Shown piece after piece: positions 9,467-19,981 of a DNA stretch of 64,000 nucleotides. How positions within the stretch are numbered: the stretch's first letter is position 1; the number at the start of each line of letters is the position of its first letter. This stretch comes from Leptospiraceae bacterium. Its GTDB lineage: Bacteria; Spirochaetota; Leptospiria; Leptospirales; Leptonemataceae. The stretch spans positions 192,001 through 256,000 of the forward strand of contig JAVJNR010000008.1 of the NCBI GenBank assembly GCA_040217195.1. The letters are read 5' to 3'. The position numbers and the translations under genes are program-made. The notes beneath the pieces were generated by a model. It made no database searches. It had not been told where the DNA came from and saw nothing but the letters and a program-made list of their open reading frames with translations.

Positions 9467-9814
9467 TCAGTTCTGTTTGCGAGAGCAATCCCTGATCAAG
9501 GTATTTACGTTGTCATCAGCCAGGCTTTCATGCTGCAGATAGCTGATGGGTAGGCCTACGACTGGAATGGCCAGTGCTTCCGGAAAAATAAAGTAGAGTA
9601 TTACCCCGGTTGTTCCAAGTACTATGTTTGCATTTCTGTACTCGCCGGTGATATCTTCATATCTTTCGAAGGAATAATCAAAGGCCTTTTGACATTCTCG
9701 ACTTTGATTCGGTGGGTTGGCCGGCGGCGCGGTGAGACAAGCAGTGCAAAATAACAGAAGTACAGCCAATATCTGAATCGGTCTCCTTCCACCAGGTTCC
9801 ATCTTCGACGCCAT
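9467..9814 (-). CDS. Small lipoprotein with internal hydrophobic segment (paralog of 9907-10248)
   Basis: Lipobox-like LFCTAC; aligned similarity to the neighbouring gene. Confidence 0.7.
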   Translation of the reverse strand: MASKMEPGGRRPIQILAVLLLFCTACLTAPPANPPNQSRECQKAFDYSFERYEDITGEYRNANIVLGTTGVILYFIFPEALAIPVVGLPISYLQHESLADDNVNTLIRDCSRKQN

Positions 9815-9906
9815 CTACAGGTTCGTATGGCAGGAACTTCGCAGACGGGAAAGCAAAAAAGAAAGGCATTTTGGTTGGGTATGGGCAGGCTAATACCATC
9901 CAGGGT

Positions 9907-10248
9907 TCAAATTGTTCCTTTTGAGCATTCTTCCTGCAGAAAAGTCCGGTTTTTCTCGACCAGGGTTTCGTGACGGTCATAGCTCATCGGTATTCCAATA
10001 GCTGGAATTGCCAGGCCCTGAATAAATCCAAACCAGACCACCGCTCCTGCGTAAGAAATCAATGTATTGCTTACGTGATAGCTTTCGGTAATGGACTGCT
10101 GATTGCGGCGGGCTTCGTAATAAGCTTCCATACATTTCTCACCCTGGTGGGGAGCTTCTTCGGGCAAAGTGGACAAGCAGGAAAGCCCCACGGCGGCGAT
10201 GCAAAATGCAATGCAGATACGGCCCATCAACGAATGGACGAGATCCAT
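9907..10248 (-). CDS. Small lipoprotein with internal hydrophobic segment (paralog of 9467-9814)
   Basis: Lipobox VGLSC; the upstream ATG at 10305 lies inside a terminator, so a later start was chosen. Confidence 0.7.
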   Translation of the reverse strand: MDLVHSLMGRICIAFCIAAVGLSCLSTLPEEAPHQGEKCMEAYYEARRNQQSITESYHVSNTLISYAGAVVWFGFIQGLAIPAIGIPMSYDRHETLVEKNRTFLQEECSKGTI

Positions 10249-10288
10249 CCTGCCGGGGTTCGAGGCCAGCCAGAAGAACGATTGAGAT

Positions 10289-10320
10289 AAAAAAAGGCGC
10301 CTCATTTTGAGACGCCTTTT
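10289..10320 (-). terminator. Rho-independent terminator after the Fe-S oxidoreductase (possibly bidirectional)
   Basis: AAAAGGCGTCTCA-AAA-TGAGGCGCCTTTTTTT on the minus strand. Confidence 0.8.
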
Positions 10321-10374
10321 ACGGGGATTTGCCGCCGGTTATTGCCCGGCGGATCCCAGCCTATTTTAGGCAGA

Positions 10375-12672
10375 TCAATGCTCGGCGGAAGCGGCTTCCT
10401 TTGAGGCGAATCCACCTGAGATGGCTCCGGTGCCGCCTTTCATGGAGGCAGCTACCAGTTCTGCAATATCCAGTACCTTCACATCCTGCAGTTCGGTGTT
10501 TTTTACACCGTCTGAGATCATGATCATACAGAAAGGACAGGCTGTAGCAATAGTATCTGCTCCAGTGTCGATGAGCTGTTGAGTACGTTTGTTGTTTACT
10601 CTCTCATACTGCTCTTCCATCCACATTTGAGCTCCACCGGCGCCGCAGCACAGGGAAGTCTTATGAGAGTCGGAAGCTTCGGCAATGTCCATTCCCAGAG
10701 CAGCACGGATGGTATTTCTGGGCTGCTCATACACATCGTTATACCTTCCCAGATAACAGGAGTCGTGGTAAGTTCCTCGACGATTCTGCATTTCTTCCAC
10801 GGCCTTCTCATCCATCTCAATCTTTCCATCGTTGATCAGGTCTTCGATAAAATCGGAATGGTGCTGAACATCAAAGTTTCCGCCAAATTGCGGATACTCA
10901 TTTTTCAGTGTGTTGAAGCAGTGAGGACAGGCAGTTACAATCTTCTTAACATTGTATTTGTTCAGAGTCTCAACGTTGGTTTGAGCAAGCATCTGATACA
11001 GGTATTCATTACCACCTCGACGCGCGCTATCTCCGGTACATCCTTCTTCTGCGCCCAGGATACCGAAGTTAACATTGGCAGCCTGCATAACCTTTACGAA
11101 AGATCGTGCAATGGTCTTGTTTCTATCGTCGAAGGATGCAGCACAACCGGTCCAATAGAGTACATCGATGTTAGGATCTTCTTCCAGGGTTTTTACGCCC
11201 AGACCATCGGCCCAATCCGCTCTGGTATGCGCGCCCACACCCCATGGATTGGAATTGTTCTCCATATTGACGAATGCATTTTGAAGTTCCTGGGGCATTC
11301 GGCTTTCGGCCAGAACCAGGTTTCGACGCATTTCCAGAATGGCTTCCAGCTGGTTATTACCCACCGGACAGGCTTCCACGCAGGCAGCGCAGGAAGTACA
11401 GGCCCACAGTTCCTCGTCGGTGATATAGGGATCGCCAATTACCGGTGAAGGAGCCGGGCCTTCTTCCGGGTTATGGCTCATGATTGCTTTGGAGTGATCC
11501 AACATGGAATGCTTGAGATCCACCATGATCTTTTTTGGATCCAGAGGCTTGCCGGTGCGATTTGCAGGACATTCTACTGTGCAGCGGCCGCATTCGATAC
11601 AGGAAAGCCCATCGATCATACTGGTCCAGGGCAGCTCGGTTACGTTACCGGCACCCCATACAGCAGTCTCGCTTTCCAGGTCGATGTAATTCATGGTTCC
11701 TATGGGCTGGTCTTTAACCATGAAGAAATTGATAGGAGCAAAAATCAGGTGACCGTGCTTGGAGTTAGGAACATAGACCATGAAGATGTACACGGTCATG
11801 ATATGTACCCACCAGGAGAAGTTGCGCACAGCCTCTGCTTCTACGGTAGAGTCCATACCCAGCAAACCGAGTAGCTTGAGAACTACGTTGTTTACCCAGC
11901 TTGCATGGGCCCCTGCATTCAGGCTTACCTGAGCGGCCGAGCCGATGAGGGTAGACACCATCAGGGTTCCAATCATCAAAATTACAATTGCAGATTGAGC
12001 GGATGGAATATCCAGACCTTTGGCCCGTCGAATCCAGCGGCGGTAGGCAAAATAGCCCAGACCGGTAAGAACCAGCAGGGAGAAATTCTGTACTACGGCT
12101 TCGTAGATAAAGGCTCCAGAACCAATGATGATGGCAAAGCCTGCTCCGAGTTCAGCCATGAGCAGCAGCAGAAAGGCCCACTGTATCCCGGGGCTCTTCT
12201 GGGCTGAGAAGTTTTTACCAATCTTCAGGTTGAAGTAGGCCACAAAGGTCAGTGCCATGACAGCAATCACACCCGTTATGGCCAGAAGTGCCTGACCTTC
12301 GGTGAGATCCAGCCCCAGATAGGTAAACTCTGGAATCCAGAATTCATAGGGACTGATCCCGGCCGCCAGAAGAAAGCTCCAGCCATTACCGGCCACCATC
12401 TGGCTTGTAGTATGCACTCCATAAATAACGAAGCCATAAAAGATAAAGGCATGCATTAGCCCCCGAACGGGATGCTTAAACAGCTTCTTCTGAAACAGAA
12501 CGTTGAATAGAAATGAGCGGAGCCGGGCTTCGATAGAGGCCAGGTTGTCCACTTTCTGACCCTTTGAGGCCAGCTTAAGCCGATAGTAAACGGCATAAAC
12601 AAAGGCAGCATTGGCCAGAGTGAAAATGGTTATGTGAAAAATATGGGTTAGTATGTCCCCGGTGGAAAGCAT
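10375..12672 (-). CDS. Membrane Fe-S oxidoreductase (FadF/GlpC/HdrD-like)
   Basis: TM region, CIECGRCTVECP and CTSCAACVEACP 4Fe-4S motifs, CCG domains (YHDSCYLGR, CCGAGG); GGGAG RBS before ATG 12672. Confidence 0.9.
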   Translation of the reverse strand: MLSTGDILTHIFHITIFTLANAAFVYAVYYRLKLASKGQKVDNLASIEARLRSFLFNVLFQKKLFKHPVRGLMHAFIFYGFVIYGVHTTSQMVAGNGWSFLLAAGISPYEFWIPEFTYLGLDLTEGQALLAITGVIAVMALTFVAYFNLKIGKNFSAQKSPGIQWAFLLLLMAELGAGFAIIIGSGAFIYEAVVQNFSLLVLTGLGYFAYRRWIRRAKGLDIPSAQSAIVILMIGTLMVSTLIGSAAQVSLNAGAHASWVNNVVLKLLGLLGMDSTVEAEAVRNFSWWVHIMTVYIFMVYVPNSKHGHLIFAPINFFMVKDQPIGTMNYIDLESETAVWGAGNVTELPWTSMIDGLSCIECGRCTVECPANRTGKPLDPKKIMVDLKHSMLDHSKAIMSHNPEEGPAPSPVIGDPYITDEELWACTSCAACVEACPVGNNQLEAILEMRRNLVLAESRMPQELQNAFVNMENNSNPWGVGAHTRADWADGLGVKTLEEDPNIDVLYWTGCAASFDDRNKTIARSFVKVMQAANVNFGILGAEEGCTGDSARRGGNEYLYQMLAQTNVETLNKYNVKKIVTACPHCFNTLKNEYPQFGGNFDVQHHSDFIEDLINDGKIEMDEKAVEEMQNRRGTYHDSCYLGRYNDVYEQPRNTIRAALGMDIAEASDSHKTSLCCGAGGAQMWMEEQYERVNNKRTQQLIDTGADTIATACPFCMIMISDGVKNTELQDVKVLDIAELVAASMKGGTGAISGGFASKEAASAEH

Positions 12673-12785
12673 GCAAAAACTCCCGATGCAGATGTTTGGT
12701 TGTCTGGTAGAGACAGGGAATTTGAGTACAGGCCGGAAGTCCAGAAAAAAGCTGTGCAATGTGCCCCGAATTGGAAAATTGAGGC

Positions 12786-13883
12786 ATGCAGCTTTTCGCC
12801 AACGACACAACGGATTCCATCCTGAAGAAGGCTCTGGGCGGTAACCGAATCAGTCCTGAAGAGGCACTGGAGCTATACGAAAATGGAGATTACCTGAAGA
12901 TTCAGGCTGTGGCTCGAGAGCTAAGAAACCGAAAGGTTTCCCCGGCCATAGCCAGTTATACTGCCTTTCGCGTTGTTAACTACACAAATTACTGTAATGT
13001 AGAATGCTCCTTTTGCAGTTTCATGGATGAAATAGGGAACGGCAAAGGCTATGTTCTGAGCAAAGAAGAAGTATTGCAGAAAATGGAAGAAGCGGTGGCT
13101 CAGGGAGCCGATCAGATGTTTCTTCAGGGCGGTGTTTATCCGGAATTGGCCTTTGATTATTATCTGGAATTAATGCGCTATGTAAAGGAGAAGCTGGGCC
13201 AGCAAATCCATATTCGAGCCTTTTCTCCGGTAGAACTCAGGAGTATGGCAGACATTACAGGCAGACCTTTGCCCCAGGTTTTGCAGGATCTGAAAAGTGC
13301 AGGCCTGGACTCTGTTCCCGGTGCCGGTGCAGAGATACTAACAGAAAGGATGCGCAAGATACTTTCGCCCAAGAAAGCTACTACGGAACAATGGGTAGAG
13401 GTAATGGAAACCTGTCATCGGGAAGGACTACCTGGAAGCGCCAATGTAGTGTTTGGTTCGGAAGAAACGGCAAGTGAAGTCGTAGAGCATTTAAATGTAA
13501 TCCGGCAGCTACAGGATCGCACCGGCGGATTCAAGAGCTTCATTCCCTGGACTTTCCAGAAGCAGACCAAGAAATTCTATGTAAGAGCTGTACCCGCTCA
13601 GGAATATCTGAAGGTGCTGGGTATTTGCAGAATCTTTCTGGATAACATCGATCATATCGAGACCAGTCTGATGGTTCTTGGCCAGGGTGTGGGACAGCTT
13701 GCACTTCATTCCGGAGCCGATGATATCTCCTCCATTGTCATTGAGGAGAATGTATTGCGTAGTTTCGGGATTAAATCCGAAGAGAAAGCACGCAAGTTCC
13801 TCCAGGAGTCAGGCTTTATTCCGGTCCGGCGGGATCTGCTGTACAATTACCAGGATATGCCCGCAGAACGACAAACTGCCTAG
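12786..13883 (+). CDS. mqnC: Cyclic dehypoxanthine futalosine synthase (CofH/MqnC radical SAM)
   Basis: [35 protein letters not shown]. Confidence 0.85.
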   Translation: MQLFANDTTDSILKKALGGNRISPEEALELYENGDYLKIQAVARELRNRKVSPAIASYTAFRVVNYTNYCNVECSFCSFMDEIGNGKGYVLSKEEVLQKMEEAVAQGADQMFLQGGVYPELAFDYYLELMRYVKEKLGQQIHIRAFSPVELRSMADITGRPLPQVLQDLKSAGLDSVPGAGAEILTERMRKILSPKKATTEQWVEVMETCHREGLPGSANVVFGSEETASEVVEHLNVIRQLQDRTGGFKSFIPWTFQKQTKKFYVRAVPAQEYLKVLGICRIFLDNIDHIETSLMVLGQGVGQLALHSGADDISSIVIEENVLRSFGIKSEEKARKFLQESGFIPVRRDLLYNYQDMPAERQTA

Positions 13884-14070
13884 CTCTCTTTTTTCTGTCA
13901 AAGGATGTTGATACCGAAATAGTGTTTGCCAATGGGGCAGTGCACTGTACGCTCCTGTCCTGGCAAAGGGGACCCAATCCAGTCCGTTAATACCGGGCCC
14001 GGGCTCGCCTTTCGAGCTGTTACAACAGCCCATCCAAGATAGAACTTATTTTTAGAGAGGAACATCCGCA

Positions 14071-16884
14071 GTGGAATCCCGGGGCGAAGTGCCCTTCCAT
14101 AGAACTTTACGATTCAAACTGCTGGTAGCCATTATTGGAAGCCTGGGGATACTGTCTCTATTTCTCATCCAGTACGGCTATAGCGTTGCCCGGGATGCCC
14201 TGGTGGAAGGTACCATCGAGGATCTAAAACAAAGTACTCAATTAGCTACAAACGAACTACAATCCAGTCTTGAATTCTATGACCGGGGAATCCTGAATCG
14301 TACAGAAGCCCTGGAACTTATTGATCGTAATCTGGCAGGTGAGATCCGTCAGATCCGGATTCGCCTGGATCCACAAACCATTGCGCAGGTTGAGCGAAAC
14401 TTTCCCGGCATATTTGCCCCGGGTGAACTTCGTTGGATTCCTCCAGTGCTCAAGGACCTGGAAGATGGAGATGAATTTCCAGGCATTCATGAAGAGCTGG
14501 AACATGGCAGTCCTGTGGTGCCATTTCTGCATCGAAATGAGCGAATTGGCTGGATAATGAATCTGGACGGAGACGCAGGACTATTGATTACGGATCCAGC
14601 CGTAAGCCTGAGGATCTTTCGCACTTATCTGGAAGCCGATCGAGCCAGAAAGTCCAGAATGGAGCAATCCCTGGATTTGCGTATCATGCGAGATCCGAGC
14701 ACGGTGACTGTCCAGGCAGCCGGAGATGGATATGTTTATGTTCTCACTCAGTACTCCCCTGGCTGGTTGCTACCAGGCACCAGCTACCCTGAGGATTACT
14801 CAAGAGAAGCCATCCAGGAAAGGATGGATGCAGGTCTTCCACAGCTAAAAACTCCGGCGGAAAGGCAGAGATATCTGGATCTGTACGGCACCAGCGCCGA
14901 GGATCAGTACTATTTTATCCTGGAATTTATGCTCCGGGAAAACAAGCCACCTCTACCTATCTATGCAGTTTCTCATCCCAACCTGGGCTTCCGAAATGCG
15001 GACTCCATTGAGTCTTATGGCGATCGGACCATTCGCAAAAAGAAGATCGGTCGGGACCTGGCTGTGGCTGCCAACGGTGTCTATGAATACTGGTGGAGAA
15101 ACCCAGGGGAAAAGAAGGCACGAAAAAAGCTGGCCCACTATCGAGACTTTCAATGGACCAGTGCAGATAATTCCTGGTCCGTTCGATGGGTTGTAAGTGC
15201 TGCAGCCTATGAAGATCAGGCATTTGCAGTGCTGGCGGATGTTCGGCTGAGAATCTATCTGGTATCGGGCCTTCTGGCCTTGATTACCGTGCTTGGACTG
15301 CTCTATCTATTTCGAACATCCGTACTGGCCGGATTTGAAGACCTGGTTACTGGAAGCCGCAACGTGTTGAAGCAGAACTTCTACGTGCGTATTCCGGTCC
15401 GGGGTACCGATGAAATCTCCACGGTGGCACGGGCCATGAACCTGGTGCTGGAAAAAGTGGGCGAAAGTCGCGAGCATGTGGAAAGCATTGCCCGTGAACT
15501 TAAAGTCCGCAGCAAATCGGAAAGCGATCTACAGCAGTTAACCAGAGATCTATATGTAAGATCTGCCATGGACATTCGCAGTCGCATGGAGGGTATGATT
15601 CGTGTGGCAGAGGCGCTGCAGGGAGCTCATTTTACCGATGGTGTTTTAAGACGGGAAGTGGATACCTTGCTGGAATCCGGGCTGCGCTTGAGATCCTTCG
15701 TAAACGATTTCTATGAATTCTCTCTTATTCGCTCCGGTTCCATTCCTCCGGCCCCATCCTGTGTGCCCGTAGAACCTGCTATACATTTTTCATTTAATCG
15801 AGCCCAGGAAATCGCTGAAGTGCATTCCTCGGTGAACCTGATCATGGCCAATCGAAACCTTCACCTGGACGTAGATCCGGTTTTTCTGGAGGCGATATTC
15901 GTAAATCTGTTCCATTATTGCCTGGACAGACAGAAGCAGGGGCGACTGGATCTGGAGATCCAGGATCAGGGTCGATGGATTGGATTTCAGCTCACATTAA
16001 GAGATACAGTCATGGATTCCAGGGAAGCTGTGGCCGCTTTCGACTTCTTTCTCTCTATAGTAGATAATCCCGGGGCGGGCACTGGATTGGCTCTCTGCAG
16101 ACTGTGGATTGAAGCCCTGGGCGGCAAGATAACCCTGGCAAGCGAAAGCGATCTGGGTACCAGGTTTCTGTTCACTCTTCCCTCACATCCAGGGCCCGGA
16201 CTGAAAATGGAGGCCAGGGAGCATCTAAATGATTTAAACTCCTATCTGGAATGGGCATCGCCCAGACAGGATGAGGGAGACCGGTTAGTTTCTATACTGC
16301 CGCCCTGGAAGATGAAGCAGGACGATACATTGAACTACGCCCGTTTCTACGGTGAAGAGGAGCAACTACGAGGACGTCTGTATTCCGGCGCGGATACGGA
16401 TGGCTATATGGTCGTACTGGTGGAGCGCAATGAGTCTTTGCAGAAAGCCTATGATTTTCAGGACTCGGCTCTGGTCTATCAGCAGGCCCTGGGTCATAAG
16501 GGACGCTCTGCAGGTGCCCATTTTGTTTCTCTGATTCGAGCTTCGGATGCCAGTCTTCTGGCCGAGGTGCACCGATGGCAGCAGTGGCTTTCCGTTCCAT
16601 TTCTGATTGAAGGTGATCTGGAGTTACCGGAAGATGCATTGCGCAGAAAGGTGCTCATACTCACCGATGAGCAGAACAACAAGCATGAATTCTTTGAGCT
16701 CTATCGTCCGGGGGACTATTTGAACCCTTTGAGAAAGAAGACCCTGAATGATTTCGAAAAGGGAGTGGAGGAATTCTTCGCCAATCGAAGGGACCAGGCA
16801 TTCTGGCTTTTCGAAGAGGTCCTTCGTGAAGATCCATCGGATCGAGTGGCATCCTCCTTCGCCTATAGAAACTTCTGGAAATAG
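14071..16884 (+). CDS. Membrane receptor: Cache-type sensor, HAMP, degenerate HisKA/HATPase and degenerate class III cyclase-like tail
   Basis: Two TM helices, GYVYVL...HP...YEYWWRNPGE Cache motifs, HAMP (GTDEISTVARAMN), GTGLALCR G2-like box. Confidence 0.75.
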   Translation: MESRGEVPFHRTLRFKLLVAIIGSLGILSLFLIQYGYSVARDALVEGTIEDLKQSTQLATNELQSSLEFYDRGILNRTEALELIDRNLAGEIRQIRIRLDPQTIAQVERNFPGIFAPGELRWIPPVLKDLEDGDEFPGIHEELEHGSPVVPFLHRNERIGWIMNLDGDAGLLITDPAVSLRIFRTYLEADRARKSRMEQSLDLRIMRDPSTVTVQAAGDGYVYVLTQYSPGWLLPGTSYPEDYSREAIQERMDAGLPQLKTPAERQRYLDLYGTSAEDQYYFILEFMLRENKPPLPIYAVSHPNLGFRNADSIESYGDRTIRKKKIGRDLAVAANGVYEYWWRNPGEKKARKKLAHYRDFQWTSADNSWSVRWVVSAAAYEDQAFAVLADVRLRIYLVSGLLALITVLGLLYLFRTSVLAGFEDLVTGSRNVLKQNFYVRIPVRGTDEISTVARAMNLVLEKVGESREHVESIARELKVRSKSESDLQQLTRDLYVRSAMDIRSRMEGMIRVAEALQGAHFTDGVLRREVDTLLESGLRLRSFVNDFYEFSLIRSGSIPPAPSCVPVEPAIHFSFNRAQEIAEVHSSVNLIMANRNLHLDVDPVFLEAIFVNLFHYCLDRQKQGRLDLEIQDQGRWIGFQLTLRDTVMDSREAVAAFDFFLSIVDNPGAGTGLALCRLWIEALGGKITLASESDLGTRFLFTLPSHPGPGLKMEAREHLNDLNSYLEWASPRQDEGDRLVSILPPWKMKQDDTLNYARFYGEEEQLRGRLYSGADTDGYMVVLVERNESLQKAYDFQDSALVYQQALGHKGRSAGAHFVSLIRASDASLLAEVHRWQQWLSVPFLIEGDLELPEDALRRKVLILTDEQNNKHEFFELYRPGDYLNPLRKKTLNDFEKGVEEFFANRRDQAFWLFEEVLREDPSDRVASSFAYRNFWK

Positions 16885-17048
16885 CTCCGGGACTGGGTAA
16901 CCTGCACCAGGTTGCCTGGATAGCTCATCTGAGCTGATCTTACTGCGAGCCCGGGCCCCGCCAGGCCATCTTTAGAATCCAACTCAACAGATAGAGTTTT
17001 CAAAGGGCCGATGGAATTTAACGATGGATTTTGAACTCAGCAGGATTC

Positions 17049-18170
17049 TTACCAGCTTCCCGAAGCGCCTCCACCCCCGAAGCTACCTCCGCCGCCGCTA
17101 AAACTGCTTCCGGAAGAAAAGGAAGAGGAATAAGAAGATCCGCTGGAATAGCTACTACCGCTGTAAGAACCGGACGTGGACATATCCGGTTCCCATTTTT
17201 TGGACAGTTCCTTGCCCTGGTCTGTAAGCTGAAATAGTAGTCGAATGGCCACCGTGCCGCCAAGAAAAGCGATTAGCAAAAGCCAGAAGGTGAGGCTGCC
17301 TATGTCTGCATCCATTGCACCGGTAAATATAGAAGCTCCTATGAATCCAGGAATCCAGCCGATGGCTGCCAGAAAAACCCATCCTGTGGCCCCTTCGCTA
17401 AAGAACATGGCCCGTACAAAGAACTGGGTAATCCAGATAACAAAGGCGCCGATTCCGAGCATGAAAACAACGCCAATAGCAATGGAAACCCAGTCGCCAA
17501 AACTACGACCTTCGGAAGTGTCCGGTGTGGAAGCTGAGGGTTCTGTTGAGTCCTGAGTCGTGGCCGGCTCAGATCCGGAGGTGACTCCAGAAATGGATGT
17601 TGTATCTGTGGCTGGTTCTTGCTCGCCAATGACCGTACCAGAAAAGCTGCCGGTGCCGGACAGTTCATCGCTGGCATCCGAGGCTACAGGACTTCCCAGG
17701 CGGTGGAGTATCTCGGAAACACCGTAAAGGATTCCCTCGCCGAAGTTTCCTTTCTTAAACTCGGGTACAATTCGATTGTCAATAATCCGGCCGGAATGAA
17801 GGTCTGTGAGAGTTCCTTCCAGGCCATAGCCTACTTCAATTCGGACTTTCCGATCATTCTTTGCTACCAGCAGAAGTACACCGTTATCCTTCCCCTTCTG
17901 GCCAATTTTCCATTTTTCCACTACTCGAATGGAATAGTCTTCGATTTCCAGACCTTCTAGAGACTCCACGGTTAAAACCACAACCTGATCGGTGGTGGCC
18001 TCTTCATGCCTCTGCAGTAATGAGTTCAGTCTGGTTTCAGTGGCAGGAGGGATAATTTCCGCCAGGTCTACTACCCGGCCAGTGAGTTCTGGTAGATCAT
18101 CCTCGGGTTTAGGATCGCAGGCAGCAAGCATCAGACCGGCAATGATACAGGATAGTAGGGCCTTTTTCAT
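17049..18170 (-). CDS. TPM-domain (YgcG-like) membrane lipoprotein
   Basis: LTGRVVDLA, WKIGQKGKDNGVLLLVA, RIEVGYGLEG, C-terminal GGGSFGGGGASGSW. Confidence 0.92.
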   Translation of the reverse strand: MKKALLSCIIAGLMLAACDPKPEDDLPELTGRVVDLAEIIPPATETRLNSLLQRHEEATTDQVVVLTVESLEGLEIEDYSIRVVEKWKIGQKGKDNGVLLLVAKNDRKVRIEVGYGLEGTLTDLHSGRIIDNRIVPEFKKGNFGEGILYGVSEILHRLGSPVASDASDELSGTGSFSGTVIGEQEPATDTTSISGVTSGSEPATTQDSTEPSASTPDTSEGRSFGDWVSIAIGVVFMLGIGAFVIWITQFFVRAMFFSEGATGWVFLAAIGWIPGFIGASIFTGAMDADIGSLTFWLLLIAFLGGTVAIRLLFQLTDQGKELSKKWEPDMSTSGSYSGSSYSSGSSYSSSFSSGSSFSGGGGSFGGGGASGSW

Positions 18171-18264
18171 GGAGACAATCAATGTCCAAAAATTTGCAGG
18201 CGGTCAACCGAATTTGAGTCCGGCAGAAATGCCTGTCCCTTAGTTTTTGCCGTGGGTACGGAGC

Positions 18265-18708
18265 TCACTCAAGGCTTTCGCGCATACCAAACATACCCTG
18301 ACCCAGGAAATTCATCACCAGTTTTCCATCCTGGTTTTTCAATTCTGCCATTCCTTTTACTAGACCTATTCCTTTTCGAAAAGGCTTACATTCCGTGATT
18401 CGGAACTGTCCGGTTAGAGTATCTCCGGGCCTCACCGGTCTTTTCCAGCGAAGCTGATCTACTCCAGGGCTGCCCATGCTGGCTGCTTTGTTTAGTATAG
18501 CATCTACATAAAGTCGCATGCAGATAGAAGCTGTATGCCAGCCACTGGCAATTATTCCTCCGAACATGGATTGCTGAGCTGCCTCTTCATCAATATGAAA
18601 TGGCTGTGGATCATATTTCCTGGCAAATTCCAGGATCTCTTCTTCGGTTACAGTGTAGGCCCCCAGTTCATATACGGATCCTACTTCCATGTCTTCAAAG
18701 TACATCAT
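18265..18708 (-). CDS. MaoC-family dehydratase
   Basis: YFEDMEVG, FARKYDPQPFH, GIIASGWHT, PVRPGDTL. Confidence 0.9.
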   Translation of the reverse strand: MMYFEDMEVGSVYELGAYTVTEEEILEFARKYDPQPFHIDEEAAQQSMFGGIIASGWHTASICMRLYVDAILNKAASMGSPGVDQLRWKRPVRPGDTLTGQFRITECKPFRKGIGLVKGMAELKNQDGKLVMNFLGQGMFGMRESLE

Positions 18709-18837
18709 TGTCTTAGTCTCGGGAGTGCAAATCAGGCCGCAAGCAACATAATGATAGTTACAGACTCCGGGGTTGATACAGGCAGTCCGTAAATAATGCC
18801 GGCTTGACAACAAGGGGCCCCCCGTTAACTAAAGGGA

Positions 18838-19926
18838 GTGTCTCAAGGTCATAATGTACAGGAGTTCTCTGGATTGGCAGGACTCTTTATCAAGGAGCTG
18901 GATCTTTATCCGGTTATCCTGGGACCGGGGCAAAGAATAAGGGCCGTATCTGGCAGATTGCTCAGGCGAATGGGATTTCGTCAGGAGGATGTCCAGGGAG
19001 CTACAATTCTAAAGATTCTTGGCATTGAATCCTTTCAGGAATTATTTCTTCGCTCCATGGACTGGAGCAAACCACTGAAGAACTACAGAATCAAGTTGCG
19101 CGATCAAGAGCATGGTCATCGTCTATATCAACTATCTGCCTTCCAGAAATCCGAAAATGGTCAGGACTACTACTATCTTCTATTTCAAGACATAGAACTT
19201 CCAGGAGCCAATCTATCTACAGGATTCTTTGAGAAAGGGGTGAAAAGTCATGAGATTTTGAAACCCTATGTATCCAGCCATCTGGCCCACCGTGCCCGTA
19301 GTGCAAGTATGGCCGGGCTGGATCACATACCCAACGAAGAAAGAGAGTTCACTTTTCTGTTCGCAGACCTTGTAAGCTATACGTCTATTGCAGAGCGTAC
19401 CAGTCCAGAGGCAATACTGGAAATGCTAAATACATCGATTGGTGCTGCTTCTTCGATAATACTTCACAATCATGGCTTTGTGGATAAGATTATGGGAGAC
19501 TCCATATTTGCTGTATTTGAGAATCCGGTGAATGCACTTCTTTCTGCCATTGAGATGCAAAAACAGTTCAATCTTTTGAATCTTTTTAGATTAAAAAGCG
19601 GCGAGGAAGAAATTAGCATTCGTGTGGGAATTCATACTGGAGAGTGTATTCTGGGTAGTATTGGAGGAGATGGCTTTCTGGAGCTAACCTTCATTGGGGA
19701 TGCTGTGAATACAGCTTCCAGGCTGGAAAAGGCCTGCAAACCATCTGCAATCATGGTGTCTGAAAAAACGGCTACCATGGTAGGAGAGACGGCAGAATAT
19801 CTGGAAACTGTGGAGCTTTCTGCCAAAGGTAAAACAGAGCCATTAAAAGCCCAGTATCTGAATCGTCTGGAATTTGAAGGTCCTAAAGGCAAGGTCTCGA
19901 TTGGACTGGATGATGATCTGTTTTAG
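18838..19926 (+). CDS. Class III adenylate cyclase with N-terminal PAS-like region
   Basis: FADLVSYT, DKIMGDS, IGDAVNTASRLE (catalytic residues intact). Confidence 0.88.
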   Translation: MSQGHNVQEFSGLAGLFIKELDLYPVILGPGQRIRAVSGRLLRRMGFRQEDVQGATILKILGIESFQELFLRSMDWSKPLKNYRIKLRDQEHGHRLYQLSAFQKSENGQDYYYLLFQDIELPGANLSTGFFEKGVKSHEILKPYVSSHLAHRARSASMAGLDHIPNEEREFTFLFADLVSYTSIAERTSPEAILEMLNTSIGAASSIILHNHGFVDKIMGDSIFAVFENPVNALLSAIEMQKQFNLLNLFRLKSGEEEISIRVGIHTGECILGSIGGDGFLELTFIGDAVNTASRLEKACKPSAIMVSEKTATMVGETAEYLETVELSAKGKTEPLKAQYLNRLEFEGPKGKVSIGLDDDLF

Positions 19927-19981
19927 TTGATCGGGCCATTTCCATGGCCAGTTGGAGCAACAATATAAATCGGCTTAAGTA

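Noticed and set aside
10579..11448. 289-aa plus-strand ORF
   Set aside because: Antisense shadow of the well-supported Fe-S oxidoreductase.
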